DNA of 50,947 nucleotides from positions 1-50,947 of IMG/VR virus record IMGVR_UViG_3300042904_000032; one strand, written 5' to 3'. Below are positions 16,991-24,578 of the stretch, piece after piece. Position 1 is the first letter of the stretch. Every line of letters begins with the position of its first letter. Origin of the DNA: a virus (Duplodnaviria; Caudoviricetes). The notes beneath the pieces are model-generated. The model made no database searches. It was not told the DNA's origin and was given only the letters and a program-made list of their open reading frames with translations. Position numbers and translations under genes: made by a program.

Positions 16991-17653
16991 TTAATTCCTT
17001 TTAAACAATGTGAAAGTCAGGAGAGGATGGTCTGGGTCATACACATAATTATTATTAATAAATGATTGTGTATATACTAGTTCAGAATTAACATCAAACT
17101 CATTAATGACACTAATAGCATCTTCTAATTGTTCATTAGTATAGATATAACAAACATATCCAGTTGTATTTTTATAAAGTGTTTCATAACGAGTTACTAA
17201 TTCTTTATATCGTCGAATATAGTCTGGTACATCGTACCATTTTGAGGCCCCACTTTCACGGTCTTGCCACATTTTCAGGCCGGCACGGGCTTTGATGAGT
17301 CCCTCAATATAAACTGAGTGATAGGGACCATCTGACTGTTTCATAAAGCGGCGGCTTGAAAGGGGGGCATCCACAGGATCGCCCCAATCATCCTTTTCGA
17401 GCCATTCCTCAGCTACAGTTACTAGCCGTTTAATATGGAAAAACAATTTCCCGTGCTCTACCACATCAATTTTATATTCTTCCTCATCCAAAACTACATG
17501 CTTAACCTTGTCAACGAACAGAGTAAGGCCGAATAAAGACGTTTTAAAATCATCAATATCGACCGCTTGATATGCCCCACAACAGGCTGAAAGATACCCA
17601 TATTCATTATAATAACCACCGAGTCCATCGGCAGCGTCTTGAAAATATCTCAC
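16991..17653 (-). CDS. Hypothetical protein (SACCG motif) within the ligase cluster
   Basis: ATGA-coupled to the class I GATase gene. Confidence 0.75.
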   Translation of the reverse strand: MRYFQDAADGLGGYYNEYGYLSACCGAYQAVDIDDFKTSLFGLTLFVDKVKHVVLDEEEYKIDVVEHGKLFFHIKRLVTVAEEWLEKDDWGDPVDAPLSSRRFMKQSDGPYHSVYIEGLIKARAGLKMWQDRESGASKWYDVPDYIRRYKELVTRYETLYKNTTGYVCYIYTNEQLEDAISVINEFDVNSELVYTQSFINNNYVYDPDHPLLTFTLFKRN

Positions 17654-18282
17654 AGATTAAACCTTTCCTTAAACACTTTCCGAACCCATTGATTACTGGG
17701 TTCATCAGAGTCCAGATATTCTGGATGCCATTGCACACCAAATCCATTCAGATCGGGATAAAGCACCGCCTCAGGCTCACACGGGACCTGCACCGGAATG
17801 TCAACATCAAGATAATGTCGACTCAAGGGGCGCGTGGATTGGGCAATGATTTCGTGATTTGTATCCCATGGTGCTTGCATTTGATGGTGCAAAGAATTTA
17901 CTTCAAATTGATATCCATCACTATCCTCTACCAAATGATCCGCGCCGGCATGATTAGTGACGTCCTGAATCAAATAGCCCCCTGCCGCAGCACATAGCAT
18001 TTGTGCTCCACGACAAATGCCGAAGATGATCACGCCCTTTTCCTTAGCGCCATGCAAACAAGCCCATTCAATGGCGTCTCGCCTGGACGGCCAGGAGCTT
18101 GCCCCTGACGCGGATGATCGACCCTTGTTATACAGGCTGGGGCTAATGTCAGAGCCCCCATGAATAATCAAAATCCCGGGCTCATCAATCGCATTAGGGG
18201 AATCAATTACACAACATTCCCAATCAGGAAAGAAGGCATTCAGGGGATGGAAATGGTTATAGAGTACTGAATATAGCTTCAT
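17650..18282 (-). CDS. Class I glutamine amidotransferase / peptidase C26 (PuuD-like)
   Basis: GG.DI.P..Y, RD..E, GICRGAQ, VNSLHHQ, QWHPE. Confidence 0.92.
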   Translation of the reverse strand: MKLYSVLYNHFHPLNAFFPDWECCVIDSPNAIDEPGILIIHGGSDISPSLYNKGRSSASGASSWPSRRDAIEWACLHGAKEKGVIIFGICRGAQMLCAAAGGYLIQDVTNHAGADHLVEDSDGYQFEVNSLHHQMQAPWDTNHEIIAQSTRPLSRHYLDVDIPVQVPCEPEAVLYPDLNGFGVQWHPEYLDSDEPSNQWVRKVFKERFNL

Positions 18283-18299
18283 TACATTCCAGCTATGGG

Positions 18300-18569
18300 T
18301 TAAATTTCTACCGTGATAGTTTTAATTAGTTCGAACCCGGTGCACGGGGTGCACATGGTGGATGTGCATAACCTTTGATCACTCTTGTGCCTATAAATAT
18401 AAATCGTCAGGAGTTCGGGTTTGACACGATAGGACTGATTGCACCAGTCCCAGCGGGGGTTGTGTACCTCTTTCCATCTATTATCATGAACACATACTTC
18501 AATATGCTTCCCATCAACATGAGCTTGCATTACCTTAATCATTTCTTCAGTGATCATACAATATCCCAT
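18300..18569 (-). CDS. Hypothetical protein with G..iE...W.....W....YRvKP pattern
   Basis: Pattern shared with 20608..20937. Confidence 0.7.
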   Translation of the reverse strand: MGYCMITEEMIKVMQAHVDGKHIEVCVHDNRWKEVHNPRWDWCNQSYRVKPELLTIYIYRHKSDQRLCTSTMCTPCTGFELIKTITVEI

Positions 18570-18736
18570 TCATAGAGTGCTTCGAAAGCAAGTTGTGAAT
18601 AATCACCATTCACTGGGCCAAAGAATTTTTCTTCGGATTTAACATCAGAAAGAAAGTTTCCAATGACCTCTTCAACTAGCCCATATGGTCCAGCCTTCAG
18701 TCTAATAAATCCCAAGGCTTCCTCGTAAGTCATCAT
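18554..18736 (-). CDS. Hypothetical protein
   Basis: Tightly packed early ORF. Confidence 0.65.
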   Translation of the reverse strand: MMTYEEALGFIRLKAGPYGLVEEVIGNFLSDVKSEEKFFGPVNGDYSQLAFEALYEWDIV

Positions 18737-18738
18737 AA

Positions 18739-19023
18739 TTAGGCGGGGAGCACACCCTTTTCACTCACACTGAAACTAACCGGATCAGTGGATTTAGCTA
18801 CTTGTCCTCCAGTAATTTCTCCGGAGACAAACTTCACATTAGGCCATCGCTTTGCGAAATGCACCAAGTCACCATCACGATGCTTTGCATTAGCATAAAA
18901 CACCACAGCGGGCGGGTTATTACCGCGCAGATCATGCTCACGGGCAGTATAACCCTGGTAATTGATTGCATATGCAGTGGCTCGCTCGTCTTCGTAATAG
19001 GGAGCCAAGAAAAATCTATTCAC
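18739..19023 (-). CDS. Hypothetical protein
   Basis: Overlap-coupled early ORF. Confidence 0.65.
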   Translation of the reverse strand: MNRFFLAPYYEDERATAYAINYQGYTAREHDLRGNNPPAVVFYANAKHRDGDLVHFAKRWPNVKFVSGEITGGQVAKSTDPVSFSVSEKGVLPA

Positions 19024-19300
19024 GATAAGGTCCTTTCAATTGAAACGGATTACAAATAATTTCGCCTTCATTATCGATATTAACCACAATAAATAACGGT
19101 CGCATATTCTTCCAAACACAATCCTCATATTTAGTATTGATAATTGTGACTGTGCCGTATCGATGAGTGCCTTTAATACGCACCCGGTGGCCGACCTGAA
19201 ACCTACATGTGTTTAATGCCCGATAAAAAGCCTTTTCTTTAATTGAACTGGGATTTGAAGAAGGCGATACAGTCTTTGACGTGATTTTGTATGACCACAT
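19016..19300 (-). CDS. Hypothetical protein, KOW/SH3-like barrel
   Basis: FQVGHRVRIKG....GTV pattern. Confidence 0.6.
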   Translation of the reverse strand: MWSYKITSKTVSPSSNPSSIKEKAFYRALNTCRFQVGHRVRIKGTHRYGTVTIINTKYEDCVWKNMRPLFIVVNIDNEGEIICNPFQLKGPYRE

Positions 19301-19688
19301 TATTTTCAGCCCAATTCATCTCCTCTTCTGTGAATGCCCGGAATACTGCCTCCGATTCATACGAACATGGATATTCACGCTTATAGTCCGGTGTAATGTC
19401 AAGACATAGGATGTATTTTGGCTTCCCATCATATGAATAAGCCAGGGCTTCAAGGGAGGGTTGGTGCCCAACAACCAATTTAAAAGATGCAGCACCTTGT
19501 TTAGTTGCGTCTTTATTGTGATTAGAAATTATCAACCAACCAATAGCTATTCGTTCCTCTCGGCGAAGCCATGCCTCATAAGCATCTTGATCAGCAAAAG
19601 AGATCTGTTTTGATTCCTCTTTAGTACAGACGTTGATGTTATTAATCGTGAATTTTGGCTTATCAATCCAAATCTTTTTCGACCACAC
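19239..19688 (-). CDS. Hypothetical protein
   Basis: GGAG RBS, GTG start. Confidence 0.7.
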   Translation of the reverse strand: MWSKKIWIDKPKFTINNINVCTKEESKQISFADQDAYEAWLRREERIAIGWLIISNHNKDATKQGAASFKLVVGHQPSLEALAYSYDGKPKYILCLDITPDYKREYPCSYESEAVFRAFTEEEMNWAENNVVIQNHVKDCIAFFKSQFN

Positions 19689-19715
19689 AGAGTTACTCCA
19701 AAAGGATGAAACGCT

Positions 19716-20045
19716 TCACAGGAAATTCCTCAGCAAATACATGTATCGCTGTGCCACAACACGCGGGGCAGGGTGACTAAGCCAAGGGGCAACCTTATGA
19801 TCGACCTCTGCAATCCACATAGGGAGATTGCGTTTTTGGGTGTACTCAGGTTCAGCAACCATTGCTATGACTCGCCCTGCGGTTTTATTAAACTCATCCT
19901 TGGGAGAGCATAGGGCTACCTGAACACGACAACGAGTTGGGTCATTGTCAACAGGGGATACATAAACAGTGGCACCACGAGGATGCTTGCTATTCATCTT
20001 GCCGGGAGGATGGGGATTGATGTGTACAAAGAAAGGCTTAAACAT
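19716..20045 (-). CDS. Hypothetical protein with CS..D.F.K..GR..A motif
   Basis: Motif common in phage early proteins. Confidence 0.7.
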   Translation of the reverse strand: MFKPFFVHINPHPPGKMNSKHPRGATVYVSPVDNDPTRCRVQVALCSPKDEFNKTAGRVIAMVAEPEYTQKRNLPMWIAEVDHKVAPWLSHPAPRVVAQRYMYLLRNFL

Positions 20046-20142
20046 GATTATTCCAAATTTTCATAAGAACATAGGCGCCGCCTACAAATGCACCAACCAT
20101 TACGATGATGAGTAGGCAAAGAGATAGAACAATTTCAAACAT
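20038..20142 (-). CDS. Single-pass membrane microprotein (34 aa, not in ORF track)
   Basis: MFEIVLSLCLLIIVMVGAFVGGAYVLMKIWNNHV; overlaps both neighbours. Confidence 0.55.
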   Translation of the reverse strand: MFEIVLSLCLLIIVMVGAFVGGAYVLMKIWNNHV

Positions 20143-20338
20143 TTTGATAGTGTTGCTTAGGTTTGAAATTGGTTTGAAGACGGGATAGGGTCTCTTTATT
20201 CAACGCATATCCGTCCACATATTGAAAGAAACAAGCACCCCCACGATTTTCAGTGATGGCTACTCGGGTCCAATTATCCCATCCCTGTTCGCTGGCAAAC
20301 AGGTCATAGATACGTCCAAAAGCGTGAACAACTTTCAT
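20135..20338 (-). CDS. Hypothetical protein
   Basis: AAGGA RBS, ATG. Confidence 0.65.
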   Translation of the reverse strand: MKVVHAFGRIYDLFASEQGWDNWTRVAITENRGGACFFQYVDGYALNKETLSRLQTNFKPKQHYQNV

Positions 20339-20401
20339 TTAATTTCCTTTTCAAAGATGATGAATTGCCGTCGACAACAGGTAAGACAGTACCGATGTCG
20401 A

Positions 20402-20611
20402 CTATTTACCCATTTCCCTTGAATCCAATCGCTGGTGTTGCAGCGGCTTAGATTGAGGAATGTCTGTCGGTTGAGGAATACAAATAGCTTGTAGATTGCC
20501 TCTTTGCTTTGTTGCTTCTTTTCCAGCAGCCAAACAATCATCTTGAGTTTTAAATCCATGGATAGAGGTCAGTGCTGTGGTGCTCAAAAGCAATACTAGG
20601 ATGTAGGTCAT
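20402..20611 (-). CDS. Small exported protein with two Cys
   Basis: ATGA-coupled start at 20611; hydrophobic N-terminus; F.T..DC...AIC. Confidence 0.6.
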   Translation of the reverse strand: MTYILVLLLSTTALTSIHGFKTQDDCLAAGKEATKQRGNLQAICIPQPTDIPQSKPLQHQRLDSREMGK

Positions 20612-20937
20612 TCTTGATCTTCTGGAATTGGAAGCCAATCAGTAATCCAATGGATTTGATTTGATTGGGCGAGTTCATCAATACGAACAGCTTGCCTATC
20701 CAAATTCTTGGTGAGGTTGCGCTGAACAATATGAACTGAGCGCTCCTTTCCGTAGCGATAGAGCCGATATTCGGCTACCGGGGGTTTAATTCGATAACGG
20801 GCCTGGCCTTCGTTGAAGTTGCACCGGTCGTCAAAATCAACCCATCCAGCGACAGCCCCGTGATAGAATTGGAGCACACCACCTTCCGCGACTTTGCTTA
20901 GCAAAGGAGCAATCCAATGTGCATCATTAAGTTTCAT
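20608..20937 (-). CDS. Hypothetical protein with G..lQ...W.D......YRIKP pattern
   Basis: Pattern shared with 18300..18569. Confidence 0.7.
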   Translation of the reverse strand: MKLNDAHWIAPLLSKVAEGGVLQFYHGAVAGWVDFDDRCNFNEGQARYRIKPPVAEYRLYRYGKERSVHIVQRNLTKNLDRQAVRIDELAQSNQIHWITDWLPIPEDQE

Positions 20938-21089
20938 TTTTCAATCCTTTCGGGGAAACGATACATCTCCCACCAGTTGGTATACCATAAGCGTTCCACA
21001 TATTCGAGCCAGACAATATATCCATTAACTTCAACGGGATACCATGCAAACCATCTATACCATCCTGTTAGCCGTTTCTTCCATTTCAT
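20934..21089 (-). CDS. Trp-rich small protein (51 aa, not in ORF track)
   Basis: MKWKKRLTGWYRWFAWYPVEVNGYIVWLEYVERLW...; ATGA overlaps at both ends. Confidence 0.75.
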   Translation of the reverse strand: MKWKKRLTGWYRWFAWYPVEVNGYIVWLEYVERLWYTNWWEMYRFPERIEK

Positions 21090-21388
21090 AGCAGTTTCCC
21101 AAGCAGGGTATGTAGACCTCTCAGGTGGGTGTCATGGGTTGGGAAATCTCCGTTGCCAATGCGCTGGGCGCAGTGTGCGAGCAGTTCGTCAATACTCCAA
21201 TGTTCAAGGGGACGGGTTTCCAACTCACGTACACGACTCTGAGCCACCGCGAGCTGTTTGTCGCAGCGAGCTAGTTCATCGGCTGCAGCCCTATGCAGGG
21301 TGAGACTAGGCGCCATTGTCAACAGGGCGTCACGGATGTTCATACCGGTGCTCCCTAACCAATTAGGTCGCTGCTGAAGGTCGATCAT
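21086..21388 (-). CDS. Hypothetical protein
   Basis: Probable start MIDLQQ after AAGGA RBS; coiled-coil segment. Confidence 0.6.
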   Translation of the reverse strand: MIDLQQRPNWLGSTGMNIRDALLTMAPSLTLHRAAADELARCDKQLAVAQSRVRELETRPLEHWSIDELLAHCAQRIGNGDFPTHDTHLRGLHTLLGKLL

Positions 21389-21557
21389 TTCGTTCCTTCT
21401 TAGCAAAGGTTCGCATGTCTTGGGTACCAAGCTGAGTGTGCATGGCACGGTCTGCAATGGCACGTGCAACCCAATGCTTGGAGCTGGGTCCACCCGACTT
21501 AGCACATGCATTAACAAACGCTTCACCGATAGAGGTAACAACACGAGTAGTCTTCAT
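21363..21557 (-). CDS. Hypothetical protein
   Basis: Packed early ORF. Confidence 0.55.
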   Translation of the reverse strand: MKTTRVVTSIGEAFVNACAKSGGPSSKHWVARAIADRAMHTQLGTQDMRTFAKKERNDRPSAAT

Positions 21558-21560
21558 GAT

Positions 21561-21791
21561 TTAAATTCCAACAGGGTTAATGGGCCGATAGGCCGCAAGT
21601 GGCCGGTAGGCCACAATAGTGTAAGGACCGTTGTCATACCAATCATCCGGCCGATAACGGCCTACTTGGCTATGCAGACTATTTGCATAACGCACTTCAA
21701 CCGGATAGGTTTTAGGTGGATTAATGATTGTGTCTGTGAATTTGGTGAGGGTACCCGTTCGCACCCAGCCAAAGCCTTCAGAGAAATTCAT
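21561..21791 (-). CDS. Hypothetical protein (W......IVAYR pattern)
   Basis: GGAGG RBS. Confidence 0.7.
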   Translation of the reverse strand: MNFSEGFGWVRTGTLTKFTDTIINPPKTYPVEVRYANSLHSQVGRYRPDDWYDNGPYTIVAYRPLAAYRPINPVGI

Positions 21792-21803
21792 CTTCGCCTC
21801 CGC

Positions 21804-22394
21804 TCACGATTGGACCTGTTCCACATAAGCATTGACAAAAGCCTGAATCTTTTCAGCGTCTTCGCTGGTGTCCGAATTCTTGGCGAGCCATTTAACAAGC
21901 TTCACCATGAACGGGTCGGGTTTGCGGCCACGGGCCTCAGATTCCTTGAACCCACGTGCAACCTGCACAACAAGGTCAATGGAAAGATTCTCAGGGTCCT
22001 TCACCTTGAAATGATCCACCAAAGTCTCGTAGTCCATCCCGGACGTGAGAGCCTTAGCAATGGTGGTGAGTTGGGAAATCCTGACCGTTGCGGTGGCTAC
22101 AGCCCTACCCAGCACCTTCTTATCAATATCGGTGAGTTCCAAGAGTTCAGCAGTCTTCTGCTTGCGCCATGCCTTAAATGCATCAAGGAAGGCTTGCCGG
22201 GCTTCAATAGTCATCGTGAACATACGGTGACACATTTGATTCCAGCTTGTTTGATGCGTCATGCAGAGAGCAATGGCCTCTTGACACATCATGTTCCCAG
22301 CCACACGGTCGTCATACGGCACCGTTTGAACGGGAGAGGATTGCGCGGGAGTCATACCACCTTCAGCGATGTCGGCCATAGTAGTTTGCAGCAT
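21804..22394 (-). CDS. First gene of the main early operon, helical hypothetical protein
   Basis: GGAGA RBS; 196 aa. Confidence 0.8.
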   Translation of the reverse strand: MLQTTMADIAEGGMTPAQSSPVQTVPYDDRVAGNMMCQEAIALCMTHQTSWNQMCHRMFTMTIEARQAFLDAFKAWRKQKTAELLELTDIDKKVLGRAVATATVRISQLTTIAKALTSGMDYETLVDHFKVKDPENLSIDLVVQVARGFKESEARGRKPDPFMVKLVKWLAKNSDTSEDAEKIQAFVNAYVEQVQS

Positions 22395-22718
22395 TTTCTA
22401 TCTCCAAGGGTTAAAAGAACAAACTAGAGCATTCCGATTTAAATGCTCTATGTTGCCCTCTTACGAGAGCCTTGATGGGAAGGCTTGCGAATCTCCCGAT
22501 TGGCAAGGGACGGATGAATAGCGTTACGAACGTTAATTCTGCTAATCAGCCAGTTTTACATGGTGGCGGTTTCTGTAGACGGGTTTCGAAGCGCCTTCTC
22601 CCGAAGACTTTTCCCTGTCATCACGCTTGTGCGTGCCCTGCCATGTCGCAGAAGCAGCTAGCTAGCTGCCGTGGCCCCTGTAGGCACTTTGTCACGGTGC
22701 CCAGGGTTTGCGAGCATT

Positions 22719-22731
22719 AATTGTTAAAGAG
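22719..22731 (-). promoter_or_regulatory. rrn-type boxA antitermination element
   Basis: Minus strand CTCTTTAACAATT matches the rrn boxA core; lies in the early operon leader. Confidence 0.65.
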
Positions 22732-22852
22732 GGGCCTAGTCCTTCGCGTCCTAGCGCTGTGATGCCTATCGCACCAGCCGTGAAGCAAATGATCGACCTG
22801 TTGTTGCGCGATTAACATCCTGTAATACACCTATTGACAAAGGGGATATTTT

Positions 22853-22880
22853 ATTGTAGGCCTTTCGGTAAGCCTTACAA
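22853..22880 (-). promoter_or_regulatory. Candidate sigma70 early promoter
   Basis: TTGTAA-16 bp-TACAAT upstream of boxA. Confidence 0.45.
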
Positions 22881-22996
22881 AGCCTTGAAAATCGTGCATA
22901 GTTCACATTTTTTCCTCTTGACAAACTAGGGGCCATGATGTAGGGATGGGCATTTTACAAAAAGATTCACATAAAACATTTGGTTACATTAGGAAT

Positions 22997-23031
22997 AAAA
23001 AAAGAGGCCAGCCCCCGCTAAGGAACTGGCC
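22997..23031 (-). terminator. Intrinsic terminator after the 84-aa early gene
   Basis: GGCCAG...CTGGCC stem followed by TC and a T7 run. Confidence 0.75.
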
Positions 23032-23061
23032 CCAAAGGCTTGACGCCCAGGGAGGGAAGCG

Positions 23062-23316
23062 TCAGGCCGCTTGCGGCTGCTTCATGGTGTTGATGAGGTG
23101 TTCGACCACTACCAGCTTGGCTTCCACGGCCGAGACAGCTTGCTGTTCCTTTCCGTCGAGCAGCACCTTGTATTCACCAGGGCGAACCTTACTGAAGCGG
23201 GCTTCGTGGTCACCCAGGGTGTAGGGAGTGTTGGCTTGGATCATGGACAGCACAGTGGCTGACGACAGGTTGCCAGCGGCAACGGCTTGCAGGGCGGTGT
23301 TCAGGATCGGATGCAT
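23062..23316 (-). CDS. Early hypothetical protein (monocistronic)
   Basis: AGGAGA RBS; GC-rich codons; bounded by terminators. Confidence 0.8.
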   Translation of the reverse strand: MHPILNTALQAVAAGNLSSATVLSMIQANTPYTLGDHEARFSKVRPGEYKVLLDGKEQQAVSAVEAKLVVVEHLINTMKQPQAA

Positions 23317-23406
23317 CGCTATCTCCTACGGAGCTAGCTCGCCCTATGCACGTTAGGGGGCTAGCAGGGTTGTGGCCGATCACATGATCAACCTAAGAAC
23401 AGAGAG

Positions 23407-23421
23407 GCAACCTACGTGCCA
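23407..23421 (-). promoter_or_regulatory. Consensus sigma54 (-24/-12) promoter
   Basis: TGGCACGTAGGTTGC = TGGCAC-N5-TTGC, between a terminator and the 84-aa gene. Confidence 0.6.
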
Positions 23422-23441
23422 GCTTCACGTTGTTGTTACAC

Positions 23442-23467
23442 AAAAGAGAAAGCCGCCCGAAGGCGGC
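23442..23467 (-). terminator. Intrinsic terminator
   Basis: GCCGCC-TTCG-GGCGGC followed by TTTCTCTTTT. Confidence 0.85.
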
Positions 23468-23492
23468 CTGTTTCTGGAACGCAGTGAAGAAA

Positions 23493-23618
23493 CTAGCCAA
23501 CCCAGAGTATCCACCTGTCATGGGTGTTGTCCCAGATATAGAAGAAGTCATTGACGATGCAATAGCTCACATCACGCAGGATGCAATTGGCCGCAAGGGC
23601 CGCGAACTTATAAGCCAC
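23493..23618 (-). CDS. Early microprotein (41 aa, not in ORF track)
   Basis: AGGAGA RBS, GTG start: MAYKFAALAANCILRDVSYCIVNDFFYIWDNTHDRWILWVG. Confidence 0.65.
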   Translation of the reverse strand: MAYKFAALAANCILRDVSYCIVNDFFYIWDNTHDRWILWVG

Positions 23619-23761
23619 GGTGTTTCTCCTGTCAGAGGAAGAGTGATCTAGAACGCATTAGAAAGCTCATAGAGCGCTTTCTGGGGGCTAGGTAAGGGGG
23701 TGGTAGCTTGGGACATAAATAATCGATTGTAGAGGGTTTTAGAGGCCTTCTAGGCCATGTG

Positions 23762-23908
23762 TCAGAAATGGTTGAGGGTGAGGAACGAGTAGGCCAGGTG
23801 CCGTTGGCGTTGGAATCTCACCGGGTCAGCATTCAGCAGCTCATTCACAGCTTCGGTCACAGTGAGCATACCAGCTTGATAGGCCTTACCGATTTCGTTG
23901 AGGGACAT
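23762..23908 (-). CDS. Early microprotein (48 aa, not in ORF track)
   Basis: GGAG RBS, ATG: MSLNEIGKAYQAGMLTVTEAVNELLNADPVRFQRQRHLAYSFLTLNHF. Confidence 0.65.
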   Translation of the reverse strand: MSLNEIGKAYQAGMLTVTEAVNELLNADPVRFQRQRHLAYSFLTLNHF

Positions 23909-23935
23909 GATGCGCTCCGGTTGGTTGATGGGTGT

Positions 23936-23980
23936 ATTTAAGCACCCTAAGCTCGGCTTGTCTATTTAATTTTATTAAAA
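23936..23980 (-). promoter_or_regulatory. Sigma70-like early promoter with AT-rich UP element
   Basis: TAGACA-17 bp-TTAAAT with TG extension; A/T tract upstream. Confidence 0.5.
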
Positions 23981-24322
23981 GAGGGGATGAAGATCATAGG
24001 TTTTAACTATGTTTATAGGAGCTGAGCCACTAGGGACTATAAAACAGACAGCCAATCTGTTTATATTGATGTCTTTATCATTTGATAAACATCATCCCAT
24101 TACCCACATTATAATACCAATATAATACCACTTATACCTAGGTAAAGACTCTTTACAGATAGACGACAATGAGACGTTATGTCAAATGGATTAACTCAGA
24201 GGGGGTGGGGAGGGGAAAACTCTGTGGATGGAGAGGGAGGGTAATGCTATTTCTAACATTGCTGCATATTTTTATAAACAAGGGCTGTCTTTCTTCCCTT
24301 GTTGCTCCAGAAAGAGATAAAG

Positions 24323-24342
24323 AAAAAGGACCCGTAGGTCCC
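24323..24342 (-). terminator. Intrinsic terminator closing a short non-coding transcript
   Basis: GGACC-TACG-GGTCC followed by TTTTTCTTT. Confidence 0.65.
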
Positions 24343-24543
24343 TGTTCGTCTAACCGACTCACACCTGCTTTAGCAGGCATATATTTAACTTTAGATAAAT
24401 ATAATCTATGCAACGAAGAAAAATAAAACAAAGCCCCCTTACCCCCACAGTACTTACATGTTACTGGGGTGGATTTACGTGTCAGTGGTAGTCTCAGTGT
24501 TCAGGAAGAACGGACGTTCCGCACGAAAGAAAATAAAAAGAAG
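24323..24543 (-). ncRNA. Candidate ~220-nt non-coding RNA with hairpin and GGGGGTAAGGGGG tract
   Basis: Bounded by a consensus promoter and a terminator; no credible ORF; shares architecture with 10017-10131. Confidence 0.4.
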
Positions 24544-24549
24544 GCCTCT

Positions 24550-24578
24550 ATTATACCAAATAATCGGGGTGTTGTCAA
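24550..24578 (-). promoter_or_regulatory. Consensus sigma70 promoter (leftward)
   Basis: TTGACA-17 bp-TATAAT with TG extension. Confidence 0.85.

Noticed and set aside
21420-22427. 335-aa plus-strand ORF
   Set aside because: Antisense shadow of well-supported minus-strand genes; no RBS or recognisable motifs
22450-22800. Cobalamin or c-di-GMP riboswitch, or tRNA, in the early leader
   Set aside because: Conserved cores (B12 box, GEMM motif, cloverleaf) not found by eye
22783-22800. Second sigma54-like site (GG-N10-GC)
   Set aside because: Spacing and TTGC fit, but the -24 element is AGGTCG rather than TGGCAC
24169-24431. 85-aa (+) and 84-aa (-) ORFs in the control region
   Set aside because: No RBS, low-complexity translations, and they cross a terminator and G-tracts
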